DNA of 64,000 bases from Candidatus Pacearchaeota archaeon (GCA_050303855.1 JBNLCO010000008.1:1236-65235); one strand, 5' to 3'. Positions 1 to 10,312 are shown, counted from the first letter of the stretch. Notes: generated by a model not told the origin, from the sequence alone. Numbers and translations: made by a program.

Positions 1-183
1 ACAAAACGTATGGATTTGCCTCAGATTTTATTAGACGAGTATGATTATTCAATTAAAGATAGAAACTTTGAGAAGAGCCCAGCCATAAAAGATGCTAAAA
101 ATTATTTAAATAATTTGATTTCTTTCTTTGAAAATAGCTATACTCCCGGTTATGTTCCGCAGCGTAAGTCTATCCAATTTTAG
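1..183 (+). CDS. 3' end of a hypothetical protein (truncated by window edge)
   Basis: Frame 1 is open from base 1 to TAG at 181-183 (TKRMDLPQILLDEY...RKSIQF). Confidence 0.6.
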   Translation, partial: TKRMDLPQILLDEYDYSIKDRNFEKSPAIKDAKNYLNNLISFFENSYTPGYVPQRKSIQF

Positions 184-187
184 GAAA

Positions 188-715
188 TTATTTTTCATAG
201 AAATAAACAATTCCTTCTGCAAACTCTTTTTCACCTAATTGTTTCTTAGCTTTCCAATTTGGCAATTTCCAATTATGAGAGATAACTTTTGTGTTTTTCT
301 TTAGTTCTTTGTTGAATTTCTTTTCAAGTCTTTTGGTTATTGTGCTGAATTGGAAGAAAACTATTTTGTTGTATTTTGCTAGGTTTACTTTCCAAAAGTT
401 TTTCCAATAGATTTTGATTTGTTTTTGTAGATTTAATTTACGGATTTTTCTTCTAGAAATCATTACAAGAAAAGGATTTATCTCGTAACCATGAATCTTT
501 GTCTTTTTGTTTTGTAAAGCTAATTCAATACAAACTCTTCCATCTCCAGAACCTAACTCTGCAATCAGATCGTTTGCTTGAGGTTTTGTTAATTTTATTA
601 TGTTCTTCAGAGCTTTTTCTCGGGTAACATCATATGGGGCTCCAAAAAACCAAGGAAAGATGAAGAATATGAATAGAATTAAAATTAATAGTAAAACAAG
701 AATAAAGATCACCAT
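188..715 (-). CDS. Membrane-anchored class I SAM-dependent methyltransferase (FAM173-like)
   Basis: N-terminal TM, GAPY motif, ELGSGDGR motif I, GYEINP motif II. Confidence 0.8.
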   Translation of the reverse strand: MVIFILVLLLILILFIFFIFPWFFGAPYDVTREKALKNIIKLTKPQANDLIAELGSGDGRVCIELALQNKKTKIHGYEINPFLVMISRRKIRKLNLQKQIKIYWKNFWKVNLAKYNKIVFFQFSTITKRLEKKFNKELKKNTKVISHNWKLPNWKAKKQLGEKEFAEGIVYFYEK

Positions 716-733
716 AGATAAACCATAGAAAGA

Positions 734-992
734 TTACTTATATTTGTTTCCAAACATTTCACTATAGATTCTCTCTTTCATCATTATTTTGTTAGGACTA
801 TTATAACTTCCACCGTATTCTATACATAAACTTGTATCTCCCATGACTTCAGTTAATCTTAATTGAAATTCAACGTATTCTATGTCGCTTAAAATTTCAA
901 CTTTTGCATCTATTCTGTTTTATTTTATATCTCCCGCCCCATTCTGGGGCACCTGAGATTTTATAAAGATTTATAGGATTTACAAAAAGCAT
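734..992 (-). pseudogene. Possible frameshifted small ORF (~85 aa if one A is removed near 918-926)
   Basis: MLFVNPINLYKISGAPEWGGRYKI continues in another frame as NRIDAKVEILSD...GNKYK-stop. Confidence 0.3.
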
Positions 993-1028
993 ATAAATAT
1001 TTATAAAGTACACTTTGTCCTAGGGATA

Positions 1029-1601
1029 ATGGGCAAAGACCGTAAGTTGAATAGAGAAATATTTTTCGCGTATACTGGAGATTTGCTTACTCCTGATGAA
1101 AAAGCTAATTTAAAATTCTCAAATCCTTCTTGGGTAAATTACCCTATCAAGGGTTTTGAAATTAATCCAAGAATGAACATTGATTCTTTTGTAGGGATCA
1201 AATATTTCAAGAAAATAAAAGAAGATTTTGGTAAGGAATATGGCGTTGTGGAATTAAGGAATGGTTTTTATGTCTCCTCTCCAGAGAAATTCGTTTTAAC
1301 TTTGGAAGAATTTTGTTTTGAGGACTCAGAACGTTTAGATACTGGATTGACAAAAAGAAGGGGAAAAGTTTTTGGATCAGACCACCCAATAATTAAATCG
1401 GTTCCAAACAATATTTCTTTGTATGGGAAAGTTACCTCTGATGAAGAATCTAATTTTAAAAACCCCGGAAATATTATAAAAATCTTAAACGCAAATGGAT
1501 TTAAGACTCGATATAATATTGAAGAAATCAAGAACAAAGATCAGAAAATATTAGTTGAAATAGAGGAAGACTCAGGTTATGCTGGAACGCCTTTTGGTTA
1601 A
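1029..1601 (+). CDS. Hypothetical protein
   Basis: 190-aa ORF with TTTATAAA box about 25 nt upstream. Confidence 0.7.
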   Translation: MGKDRKLNREIFFAYTGDLLTPDEKANLKFSNPSWVNYPIKGFEINPRMNIDSFVGIKYFKKIKEDFGKEYGVVELRNGFYVSSPEKFVLTLEEFCFEDSERLDTGLTKRRGKVFGSDHPIIKSVPNNISLYGKVTSDEESNFKNPGNIIKILNANGFKTRYNIEEIKNKDQKILVEIEEDSGYAGTPFG

Positions 1602-1651
1602 AAAACCTCGAATCTACAAAAACTTAAAAACTTCTTGCTCTAAATGATTCT

Positions 1652-4462
1652 ATGTACGATTTTAAGAAAATTGAAGAAAAGGCAAAGAAAGTATGGAAAT
1701 CTAAGAAGAAAGAGATAGAAAAAGCCGTACATGAAATTAAGGGAAGACCGTTGTTTAGTTTCTTGGAAGGACCTCCAACTGCAAATGCCCCTCCAGGACT
1801 ACATCATCTTGAAGTTAGAACTTTCAAGGATATAATTTGCAAATTCAAGTTTATGAATGGATTTTCTGTTCCAAGAAAGGGAGGATGGGATTGTCACGGG
1901 TTGCCCGTAGAAGTTCAAGTTGAGAAAAAATTAAAATTAGGTCATAAAAAAGAAGTTGAGGAATATGGGATTGATAAATTTGTGAAACAGTGTAGATCTG
2001 ATGTCTTCTCAAATATTGATGATTGGAATTTATCTACAGAAGAATTAGGTTATTGGATAGATTTGAAAGATCCTTACGTAACTTTAGAGGACAATTATAT
2101 TGAAAGTGTTTGGTGGAGTTTGAAAGAACTATACAATAAAGGTTTCTTATATGAAGGGCATAAAGTGGTTCCGTTCTGCCCTAGGTGTGGGACACCTTTA
2201 TCAAGTCACGAAGTTGCTCAAGGATATAAAGACGTTAAAGAAGAATCTGTTTATGTTGCATTTAAGATAAAGGGGAAGAAAAACGAATATATTTTGGCAT
2301 GGACTACGACTCCTTGGACACTCCCAGGAAATGTTGGTTTGGCGGTTAACCCAAAAGTAGATTATGTTAAAGTTGAGTTGGAAGATGGAGACAAATTAAT
2401 AGTTGGTAAAGAGAAATTAGATTTAATTAAAGGAAAATACAAGGTTGTTGAAAAATACAAGGGGAAAGACATAGTTGGATTGGAATACGAACCACTTTAT
2501 GATATTCCTCAGGCACAAAATGAGAATTCTCATAAAGTAATACCTGCAGATTTTGTTACAACTGAAGATGGAACAGGCGTTGTTCATACTGCAGTTATGT
2601 ATGGTGAAGAAGACTATAATTTGGGAAGAGAGTGTGGTTTACCAGAAGTTCATACTGTTGGACAGGATGGAAAATTCTTAGATATTGTTCCTGAATTTAT
2701 AAGGGGTAAATTTGTTAAATCGGCTGAGAAGGATATCAAAGAGGATTTGAAGAAGAGACATTTATTATTTAAAGTTGAGAAAATAGAACATAGTTATCCA
2801 TTCTGTTGGAGATGCGATAGTCCTTTGTTATACTATGGGATTAATTCTTGGTTTATTAGAGTGAGTTCAGTTAGAGAAAGATTATCTGAAATGAATGAGA
2901 AAATAAATTGGTATCCCTCTCATATAAAAGAAGGAAGATTTGGTAAGTGGTTAGAAGGTGCTAAAGACTGGAGTTTATCAAGATTCAAATTTTGGGGAAC
3001 ACCTTTGCCGATATGGAAGAATGTTGAAGATCCTGCAGATATGATTGTTATAGGAAGTCGTAAAGAATTAGAAAAATTATCTGGGAAGAAATTGAAAGAT
3101 TTCCATAAACCAGAAGTGGATAAGATAAAGATAGTAAAAGATGGAAAAACATACGAAAGAGTTTCGGATGTGATTGATTGTTGGTATGATTCAGGAAGTG
3201 CATCATTTGCACAATTCCATTATCCTTTTGAAAATAAAGCAGAATTTGAAAAAAGGTTCCCTTATGACTTTATTTCTGAGGCAATAGATCAGACAAGAGG
3301 TTGGTTTTATACATTACATGTTCTTGCAGTATTGTTATTTGATAAACCCGCTTACAAAAATGTAATTTGTGCTGGACATGTTGTTGATGATAAAGGTGAG
3401 AAAATGTCTAAGTCAAAAGGAAATATAATAAAACCAAGAGATATAATTGATAAATCGGGTGTTGATGCTGTAAGGTTACAATTCTGTACTTCTGATGCTG
3501 GAAGTCAGAAAAGATTTTCTTATGAATTAATGAGAGAACAAGTTTTAGGATTCTTGAATACTTTGTATAATTGTGAAACCTATTATCATCAGTTGGATAA
3601 AATTAAATGTAAAAAACAAATTGAAGACAAATGGGTATTGAGTAGATTGAATTCTACAATAAAAGAAGTTACAGAGGATTTGAATACTTTTGAATTGAAT
3701 AAACCTTTTGAAAAGATAATGAATTTTGTTGTCAATGACTTCTCAAGAGGATATATCAAAATGACAAGGGATAGAGAAGATACAAAAGAAATTTTAGGAG
3801 AAGTTTTGGAAAAATTATCTTTAATGTTAGCTCCCTTTGCTCCTTACATCTCTGAATACATTTATTCTAACTTTTCCAAGGAGTCTGTACATTTATCCTC
3901 ATGGCCTAAAGTTGATAGTAAGAAAATAAATCTGGCAGTAGAAAAAGATTTTGAAATTATGTTTAAAATACTTGAAGTTGGATTAAAGGAAAGGGATAAG
4001 GCGCAAATAAGTTTAAAGTGGCCTTTAGGAAAAGCTTTAGTTATTGGAGGGGAATATAATCTTAGTGAAGAAAATATTGAGATCATAAAATCTCAGTTAA
4101 ATGTTAAAGAGGTTGAATTTAGAGAAAGTCATGCTAATAAGAACTCTCCTTCGGTAGAATTAGATACAAAAATGACTCCTGAATTGGAAGCCGAGGGATA
4201 CGCTAGAGAGATGTCTAGGATGATTCAAGCATTCAGAAAAAAGCTAGGATTAAACAAGAAAGATGTTGTTGAAACAAGGATACATACCGACGGTGATTTT
4301 GGAAAAATATTGGAAGGAAATATCGATTTTATTAAGGAGAGAACCAACTCTAAAAAACTGGATATTGTTACAACCGGTCAGAAAGAAAACTTTAAAAACA
4401 GTACAGACTTTAGTGTTAAAGATAAAAAGGGCGTGATTGAGATAATAACCACCAAGCGGTAA
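1652..4462 (+). CDS. ileS: Isoleucyl-tRNA synthetase (type 2)
   Basis: EGPPTAN, variant HIGH motif GLHH, GWDCHGLPVE, WTTTPWTLP editing domain, DQTRGWFY, KMSKS. Confidence 0.97.
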   Translation: MYDFKKIEEKAKKVWKSKKKEIEKAVHEIKGRPLFSFLEGPPTANAPPGLHHLEVRTFKDIICKFKFMNGFSVPRKGGWDCHGLPVEVQVEKKLKLGHKKEVEEYGIDKFVKQCRSDVFSNIDDWNLSTEELGYWIDLKDPYVTLEDNYIESVWWSLKELYNKGFLYEGHKVVPFCPRCGTPLSSHEVAQGYKDVKEESVYVAFKIKGKKNEYILAWTTTPWTLPGNVGLAVNPKVDYVKVELEDGDKLIVGKEKLDLIKGKYKVVEKYKGKDIVGLEYEPLYDIPQAQNENSHKVIPADFVTTEDGTGVVHTAVMYGEEDYNLGRECGLPEVHTVGQDGKFLDIVPEFIRGKFVKSAEKDIKEDLKKRHLLFKVEKIEHSYPFCWRCDSPLLYYGINSWFIRVSSVRERLSEMNEKINWYPSHIKEGRFGKWLEGAKDWSLSRFKFWGTPLPIWKNVEDPADMIVIGSRKELEKLSGKKLKDFHKPEVDKIKIVKDGKTYERVSDVIDCWYDSGSASFAQFHYPFENKAEFEKRFPYDFISEAIDQTRGWFYTLHVLAVLLFDKPAYKNVICAGHVVDDKGEKMSKSKGNIIKPRDIIDKSGVDAVRLQFCTSDAGSQKRFSYELMREQVLGFLNTLYNCETYYHQLDKIKCKKQIEDKWVLSRLNSTIKEVTEDLNTFELNKPFEKIMNFVVNDFSRGYIKMTRDREDTKEILGEVLEKLSLMLAPFAPYISEYIYSNFSKESVHLSSWPKVDSKKINLAVEKDFEIMFKILEVGLKERDKAQISLKWPLGKALVIGGEYNLSEENIEIIKSQLNVKEVEFRESHANKNSPSVELDTKMTPELEAEGYAREMSRMIQAFRKKLGLNKKDVVETRIHTDGDFGKILEGNIDFIKERTNSKKLDIVTTGQKENFKNSTDFSVKDKKGVIEIITTKR

Positions 4463-4523
4463 TGTAATCTCTTCACCATTTTATCATAACAAACTTTAAA
4501 AAGGAGACCAACGATAAGATAAA

Positions 4524-5330
4524 ATGATAGTAAAGGATGAATTCTTGAGTAGATTAAGGAAAATCTTTGATTTGAATCTATACGAAGTTAAGGTTTGGAC
4601 TGCTTTGTTATCGAGGGGAACTTCAACTGCTGGGGAGTTAAGTAACATTTCTGATGTTCCGAGATCAAGAACATATGATATTTTAGAGAGTTTAGAGAAG
4701 AAAGGATTTATTTTGATGAAGTTGGGGAAACCAATTAAGTTTGTTGCATTAAAACCCGAAGAAGTTGTTGAGAGAGTTAAGAAAAATTTGGTTGTCGAAG
4801 CTAAAGAAAAGTCTGAGAGATTAGAAAGGTTAAAAGGAGATGAAGTTTTAGAAGAGTTAAGCGGATTGTTCACTAAAGGAATTAAGTTTGTTGAACCAAC
4901 AGATTTGTCTGGAAGCTTAAGAGGAAGACAAAACTTATACAACCATATTGATATGATGGTTAGAGAAGCAGAAAAGACTATTACACTTGTGACAACAGCT
5001 GAAGGATTGAATAGAAAGCTTGAAGCTCTTATGCCTTCTCTTGACAAATGCAAGAAGAGGGGAGTTAAAGTTAGAATAGCTGCTCCAATTGATAGCAATA
5101 ACATGAAAGTTGCTAAGGAATTGAAGAAGGTGGCAGATGTTAGAAACATGCAAGACCTTAAGGCTAGATTTATCATCATTGATGGAAATCAATTAATGTT
5201 TATGCTTCTTGATGATGAGAAGTTCCATCCTAACTATGATGTGGGTGTTTGGATTAATACTGAATTCTTTGCTCAAGCATTAGAACAAATGTTTGAATTG
5301 GCTTGGAAAGATATGAAGCCAGTTAAGTGA
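4524..5330 (+). CDS. TrmB-family transcriptional regulator
   Basis: N-terminal wHTH (VPRSRTYDILESLEKKG) and C-terminal PLD-like effector domain (ARFIIIDG). Confidence 0.9.
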   Translation: MIVKDEFLSRLRKIFDLNLYEVKVWTALLSRGTSTAGELSNISDVPRSRTYDILESLEKKGFILMKLGKPIKFVALKPEEVVERVKKNLVVEAKEKSERLERLKGDEVLEELSGLFTKGIKFVEPTDLSGSLRGRQNLYNHIDMMVREAEKTITLVTTAEGLNRKLEALMPSLDKCKKRGVKVRIAAPIDSNNMKVAKELKKVADVRNMQDLKARFIIIDGNQLMFMLLDDEKFHPNYDVGVWINTEFFAQALEQMFELAWKDMKPVK

Positions 5331-5369
5331 TTACAGTAATTTTTATAAATTGATTTAAGATATAATTTT

Positions 5370-6035
5370 ATGTCAAGTAAGATAGTTGCTAGATATGAAT
5401 CTGAACCATGGATGCTTGATGCAGAGGAAATTAATATTGAGGATTTCTATTGTAAGGAAGATCCTTTTGAGGTCTTAAAAATCTTGGGAAAACAGTATTA
5501 CGTTTATGCGTATAAAGACCTGAAGAATCTTTGGATGGACACAGTTTTAGAAAAAGGTATTGATTTTTCTGGACTTAAAATAGAAGAGTTTAATCCGAAT
5601 AACGGCTTGTCTGTTTCAGGAAGTATTGTGGATTATAATATTCCTGTTGAGGGCAGAAATAATTTTCTTGGTAAACCTCAAATGATTTTATCTAATTTTA
5701 TTGCAAGATATTTATTTGAGGCTAAAGACCCGATGACTCATTTGACTGTTATGGAAATGGATCGTTTTGATGAATTCTACCCTAAAGGATACCCTGAAAA
5801 GGTTAAAGTTACAAACTATTTTAATCAAAGGTATAATAAGAAAATTCCGGAGAAAGAAGAATACTTAAAACAAATTCTTGAATATTCTGAAGCAGTTTAT
5901 GGCAAAGAATTTGGTAATTTAAAAGCTCTTGAGAAGATAGCTAAAAAAGTTGATAAAAATATCTCAAGGGAATATACCCCTCTTTACACAGCAGATTATA
6001 ATTTACAACATCTTAGTTTACACCAAAATAGTTAA
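5370..6035 (+). CDS. Hypothetical protein (paralog of 7097..7699)
   Basis: 221-aa ORF with TATA upstream; collinear similarity to 7097..7699. Confidence 0.7.
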   Translation: MSSKIVARYESEPWMLDAEEINIEDFYCKEDPFEVLKILGKQYYVYAYKDLKNLWMDTVLEKGIDFSGLKIEEFNPNNGLSVSGSIVDYNIPVEGRNNFLGKPQMILSNFIARYLFEAKDPMTHLTVMEMDRFDEFYPKGYPEKVKVTNYFNQRYNKKIPEKEEYLKQILEYSEAVYGKEFGNLKALEKIAKKVDKNISREYTPLYTADYNLQHLSLHQNS

Positions 6036-6057
6036 AGGATATTTATCTTTGAAAATT

Positions 6058-6633
6058 ATGTCTGATGAAAATTTAATTGAGGTTTTTGATAAAGAAGATT
6101 TTAGAAAGTGGTTAGATAAGAACCATGATAAATATAAGGAAATAGGATTGGTTCTACATAAGAAACATACTGGGAAAGGATCTCCTTCCCATAAAGAATT
6201 AATGTTTGAGGCAATATGTTATGGTTGGATCGATACTACAATAAAAAGCCTTGATGAAAATAGATTCATAAGATATTTTTCTAGAAGAAGTAAAAATAGT
6301 TCATGGAGTTACAATACTTTGAGTTATGCAAAACAATTAATTAAAGAGGGTAGGATGAAACTTTCTGGAATGAAATTCTATAAGGAAGGATTGAAGAAGA
6401 AACCTCTTGACTTTGGAATACCCAAGAATCCGGATATGCCAGAAGAATTAGAAAAAGAATTGAATAAGAAACTTATTTCTAAGAGAAATTTTGAGAAGCT
6501 TTCACCTTCAGTAAAAAGAACATATTATAGGTGGATTATTAGGGCTAAACTTCCTGAAACTAGGAAGAAGAGAATCAAATTAATTATTGAGAATATGAAA
6601 ACAGGAAAGAACCTCTTCGGAAAAGATATCTAA
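6058..6633 (+). CDS. YdeI/OmpD-associated family protein
   Basis: FRKWLxxNH, EAICYGWID, S.WS..N, WI..AK.PETR.KRI motifs; ATG at 6058 preferred as start. Confidence 0.88.
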   Translation: MSDENLIEVFDKEDFRKWLDKNHDKYKEIGLVLHKKHTGKGSPSHKELMFEAICYGWIDTTIKSLDENRFIRYFSRRSKNSSWSYNTLSYAKQLIKEGRMKLSGMKFYKEGLKKKPLDFGIPKNPDMPEELEKELNKKLISKRNFEKLSPSVKRTYYRWIIRAKLPETRKKRIKLIIENMKTGKNLFGKDI

Positions 6634-6706
6634 ATTTCCAAAACATATAAAAAGTAAAGTATGTTTTATTGTGTGTATTTAAAAGAGGATGAAAGGAGGT
6701 AAAGAA

Positions 6707-7030
6707 ATGGCTACAAAGAAAAAGAATATGAAGAAAGGCATGAAAAAAGATTCTATGATGTCAATGAAATCTGATTCAAAGATGTCTAAAATGGGTAGTG
6801 GAATGAAATCTATGGATAAGGGTATGTGCAGTTGCCACCATGGAAAATGCTGGAGTTGGCTTTGGGGAGACCTTGGAGCAATAGCGTTTATTTTATTCCT
6901 AATAACAGTATGGCCGGGACTAATGAGTCTTGTACATAGAATCCATTGGGGATGGTTTTTAGGTGCTACAGTAATTTTATGTGTTGTTAAATGGACAATG
7001 TATAAGAGACACATGTCTATGTGTATGTAA
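6707..7030 (+). CDS. Small membrane protein with Met/Lys-rich N-terminus and CSCHHGKC motif
   Basis: GGAGG ribosome-binding site before ATG 6707; two TM helices. Confidence 0.7.
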   Translation: MATKKKNMKKGMKKDSMMSMKSDSKMSKMGSGMKSMDKGMCSCHHGKCWSWLWGDLGAIAFILFLITVWPGLMSLVHRIHWGWFLGATVILCVVKWTMYKRHMSMCM

Positions 7031-7096
7031 ATTTTGTTTTTTTATTTTATAATTTTTAATATAAATTCTTATAAAGGAGTATTTGTTTTGGGGCAT

Positions 7097-7699
7097 ATGC
7101 CTGCGAAGATAAGTAAATTCCCGAGAGAGGAAGAGAAGGATTATTATTGTGTTGAAAGCCCTCTTAGGGTTCTCAAAACTCTTGGCCCCATTCATCATAT
7201 TGTTAAATACAATTCAGTTTCTCTGTATGAAGGGTCAATGGGAATCGAAAATCCCGGTCTTATTATTGAAGATGCAGGATATTATGAACTTGCTGGAAAG
7301 GGTTTGGCAGTAGTAGGCAGAATAGATGGTTATGAGCATAACTCGGAAGATAAAAATCCATTCATAGGAGATGAAAAGATAATATCAAAATTAATCAAAG
7401 ACTATCTAATTGATGTAGAAAAAATTTCACCGGGATCGGCAACATATACAGGAACCAATAAGATAATCCATAATTACGGCAAACAAAATATAATAAATTA
7501 TCTTGAACAAAGAACCCGAAAAGGGGGAGAGAATCCAATTAAAGAAAGAGCTCTTGAAGACATAATAAACTACGGAAACGTGATATTCCGAGAAGATTTT
7601 TGTATTAATGATGCCAATATGATTGCAAAGAAGATAATCCTGGAAATTCCGAAGGAATTTGAGCCCGAATTCGGTTATAATGCAAATTTAAGAACATAA
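7097..7699 (+). CDS. Hypothetical protein (paralog of 5370..6035)
   Basis: ATG 7097 follows TTATAAA; similarity to 5370..6035. Confidence 0.7.
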   Translation: MPAKISKFPREEEKDYYCVESPLRVLKTLGPIHHIVKYNSVSLYEGSMGIENPGLIIEDAGYYELAGKGLAVVGRIDGYEHNSEDKNPFIGDEKIISKLIKDYLIDVEKISPGSATYTGTNKIIHNYGKQNIINYLEQRTRKGGENPIKERALEDIINYGNVIFREDFCINDANMIAKKIILEIPKEFEPEFGYNANLRT

Positions 7700-7906
7700 T
7701 CATTTTCTCATAAAACTACCCATTATTGAAATTAATAGGCCAAGAAGTGTTGTGATTATTACGATCCAACCTGCAATAACATTAATCATTCCAATCTTTG
7801 GAACGCTTAGAGTTCCGTTCTTTAATGCAAACCCTACAGCTAGAGAAACAATTATTCCTGTAACCCACACAAGGAAAGATAATATTTTTGTTAGAACGTT
7901 TTTCAT
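7700..7906 (-). CDS. Small 2-TM membrane protein
   Basis: 68 aa, two hydrophobic helices. Confidence 0.65.
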   Translation of the reverse strand: MKNVLTKILSFLVWVTGIIVSLAVGFALKNGTLSVPKIGMINVIAGWIVIITTLLGLLISIMGSFMRK

Positions 7907-7921
7907 ATTGTTAGTTGTTGA

Positions 7922-8191
7922 TCAGAGTTTATAGATTTTATCATGATGATCAAAATCTTCAAAGATAACTAGATTGGCTGATTTGTCAAACCTAAAAATT
8001 AAAACAAAATGCCCAACATGAACTCTTTTATATTCTCTAAGATCATTTCTTAGATTTTTGTAAGATTCAACATCATAAGAATTAATGATTTCTTTGATCT
8101 TCTTCATTACCCTCTGATGAAGTGGGGGATCTTTTCTTGAAAGTTTGAACAGTGTTTTTTCAAGTTTCTCTTCTACTTGAAACCCATACAT
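7922..8191 (-). CDS. RelE/YafQ-family toxin
   Basis: 89 aa basic protein with YKNLR..L..YKRVH.GHFVLIF and HHDKIY. Confidence 0.85.
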   Translation of the reverse strand: MYGFQVEEKLEKTLFKLSRKDPPLHQRVMKKIKEIINSYDVESYKNLRNDLREYKRVHVGHFVLIFRFDKSANLVIFEDFDHHDKIYKL

Positions 8192-8434
8192 TTATTTGAA
8201 CCTCTTCTCAAAACTTTCAAAGGAATCATATTCTTTATAGGTTCCATGGTTTCTTATGTTTCTTAATTTCTTAATATATTCTTCCCGAATTTCGGGATCC
8301 TCTTCAATTTGAGAATTGATAAATATATTAATTTGTTTACTCATGCTAATTCCATGAGCCTTACAAAATTCAGAAAATTTCCTATAAGTTTCTTCATCGA
8401 GATTAAATGTCTTTAATACCATGTTAAATAACAT
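8192..8434 (-). CDS. Ribbon-helix-helix antitoxin
   Basis: KTFNLDEETY..F...C...GISMS; directly upstream of the RelE gene; palindrome TTAAATAATATTATTTAA at its promoter. Confidence 0.75.
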   Translation of the reverse strand: MLFNMVLKTFNLDEETYRKFSEFCKAHGISMSKQINIFINSQIEEDPEIREEYIKKLRNIRNHGTYKEYDSFESFEKRFK

Positions 8435-8457
8435 TAAATAATATTATTTAAATTTTT

Positions 8458-8601
8458 CTATCCAAAAGAGGTTTGAATTTCTTGTTCTAAAATTATTGAA
8501 TCTTTAAGGGAGGTTAATTCTTCTTCCTCTTTTAATTCCAATTGCTCTTCAGTGGGGGATTCCCAGAGAACATCTTTATCACATAAAGATTCGTATGCCA
8601 T
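8458..8601 (-). CDS. Small acidic hypothetical protein (47 aa, not in ORF track)
   Basis: MAYESLCDKDVLWESPTEEQLELKEEEE...; starts immediately after the argS stop. Confidence 0.45.
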   Translation of the reverse strand: MAYESLCDKDVLWESPTEEQLELKEEEELTSLKDSIILEQEIQTSFG

Positions 8602-8602
8602 T

Positions 8603-10312
8603 TTACATTTCTTCTAAAGTTTCTATACCAATTAAATTTAAACCGTTCTTTAAAACAGTTCTGAAAGAATCAACAAGTTGCATTCTGAAGTGGCCTTTTC
8701 CATCTTCAGCTCCTTTTACAGGGCATGTATGATAAAACTCATTAAATGTTTGAGATAGTTGAGAACAGTAATTTGAAATTAAGGAAGGATTCATTGTTGT
8801 GTAAGCCTTACTTACAACACCGGGAAATTCTCCAAGTTTTTTCATAAGTCCAATTTCTTGTTTTTCCATTTCTTCAAAATATGTTTTCTTTACTAGTTTT
8901 TTGTATTTGTTTATTATGGAAGAAGCTCTTGCATAACTGTATAATAAGTAAGGCCCAGTATCTCCTTCAAAGCTAACAGATTCTTTAGGATTGAAAGTCA
9001 TATTCTTTTTTGTATCTACTCTTAATAGCATGTATTTTATTGCAGAAAGGGCTATTATTAGACTTCTTCTATCTAATTCTTTCTTAGATAGCTTTGCTCT
9101 TGAAGTTAATGATTTCTTAACCATCTTTTGAAGTTTATCAATTAAATCGTCTGCATCTACAACAGTTCCTTCCCTGGACTTCATCTTTCCTTCAGGAAGA
9201 TTAACCATCCCATAAGACAGGTGAGTTATGTTTTGTTTGAATCCGATTTTCTTTAGTAGAGCGTCTAATACTTTAAAATGATGATTCTGTTCGTTTCCTA
9301 CAACATAAATTGATTTGTTCAGTTTGTATTTTTGGAATTTTAATATTGCAAGATATAAGTCTTGGGTTATGTAAACAGAAGTTCCATCAATTCTTAATAG
9401 AACTTTTTCTCCTAATCCTTCTTTCTTTAAGTCTGCAATAACTGCACCGTCTTTTCTTTGTTGGAATATCTTATCTTTAACTGCCTTAAGGATTATGTCT
9501 TTACCTTGAGTATATATTTCGCTTTCGAAGAAGGTTACGTCGTGTTTTATTCCTACCTTTTGATAAGTTTCTTCAAATCCATCTAAAGCCCATTTATTCA
9601 TCTTTTTCCATAGAGCTAAGACTTCTTTATCTCCTGCTTCCCACTTCTGAAGTATTCTATGAGCTAAAATATCTAATTGTTCGTTCTTTTTTGCACGAGT
9701 ATTAAACATAACATAATAATCTCCTACAAAATGATCTGATTTTTTATCTTCGGATTTTGGAGTTTTATTTTTTCCGTATTTGTGGTAAGCTGCCATAGAT
9801 TTACATATATGGATTCCACGATCATTGTTTAGATTGGCCCTAATTACTTTTTCTCCGCTAAATTCTAGGATTCTTGAAACACTCTCTCCTATAGCCATAT
9901 TTCTTAAGTGTCCTAAATGTAATGGTTTGTTTGTATTTGGAGAAGGGAATTCTACCATTGTTGTAACTTTTTGTCTTGTTGAAGGTTGCCCGTATTGTTC
10001 TCTTTCCTTTAGTATCCTATCAATAACTTGGAGAGCGTGAGATTTCCTATTTATGAAGAAATTTATATAGGGACCGTTAGTTTGTATATCGGTTATACCT
10101 TCTGGAGGATTGCCCATTTTCTTTCTTAAGTTAATTGCAATTGTAGCTGGAATTTCTTTTAGTTTAGAAGCTAGAATAAAACAAGGGAAAGCGAAATCTC
10201 CCATTTCGTGTGATGGAGGAATTTCGATTAAAGGCATAATTTGTTTTTCAGTCATATCAATCTCTTCTTCTTTAAGAGCTTTTTTTATTGCCTTTGCAAT
10301 CACGTCTTTCAT
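8603..10312 (-). CDS. argS: Arginyl-tRNA synthetase
   Basis: GDFAFPCF, SPNTNKPLHLGHLRN, KMKSREG, FEGDTGPYLLYSYARASS. Confidence 0.97.
   Translation of the reverse strand: MKDVIAKAIKKALKEEEIDMTEKQIMPLIEIPPSHEMGDFAFPCFILASKLKEIPATIAINLRKKMGNPPEGITDIQTNGPYINFFINRKSHALQVIDRILKEREQYGQPSTRQKVTTMVEFPSPNTNKPLHLGHLRNMAIGESVSRILEFSGEKVIRANLNNDRGIHICKSMAAYHKYGKNKTPKSEDKKSDHFVGDYYVMFNTRAKKNEQLDILAHRILQKWEAGDKEVLALWKKMNKWALDGFEETYQKVGIKHDVTFFESEIYTQGKDIILKAVKDKIFQQRKDGAVIADLKKEGLGEKVLLRIDGTSVYITQDLYLAILKFQKYKLNKSIYVVGNEQNHHFKVLDALLKKIGFKQNITHLSYGMVNLPEGKMKSREGTVVDADDLIDKLQKMVKKSLTSRAKLSKKELDRRSLIIALSAIKYMLLRVDTKKNMTFNPKESVSFEGDTGPYLLYSYARASSIINKYKKLVKKTYFEEMEKQEIGLMKKLGEFPGVVSKAYTTMNPSLISNYCSQLSQTFNEFYHTCPVKGAEDGKGHFRMQLVDSFRTVLKNGLNLIGIETLEEM

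Noticed and set aside
4496..5179. 227-aa antisense ORF and many similar overlapping ORFs in the track
   Set aside because: Shadows of well-supported genes (here TrmB) with no motifs of their own
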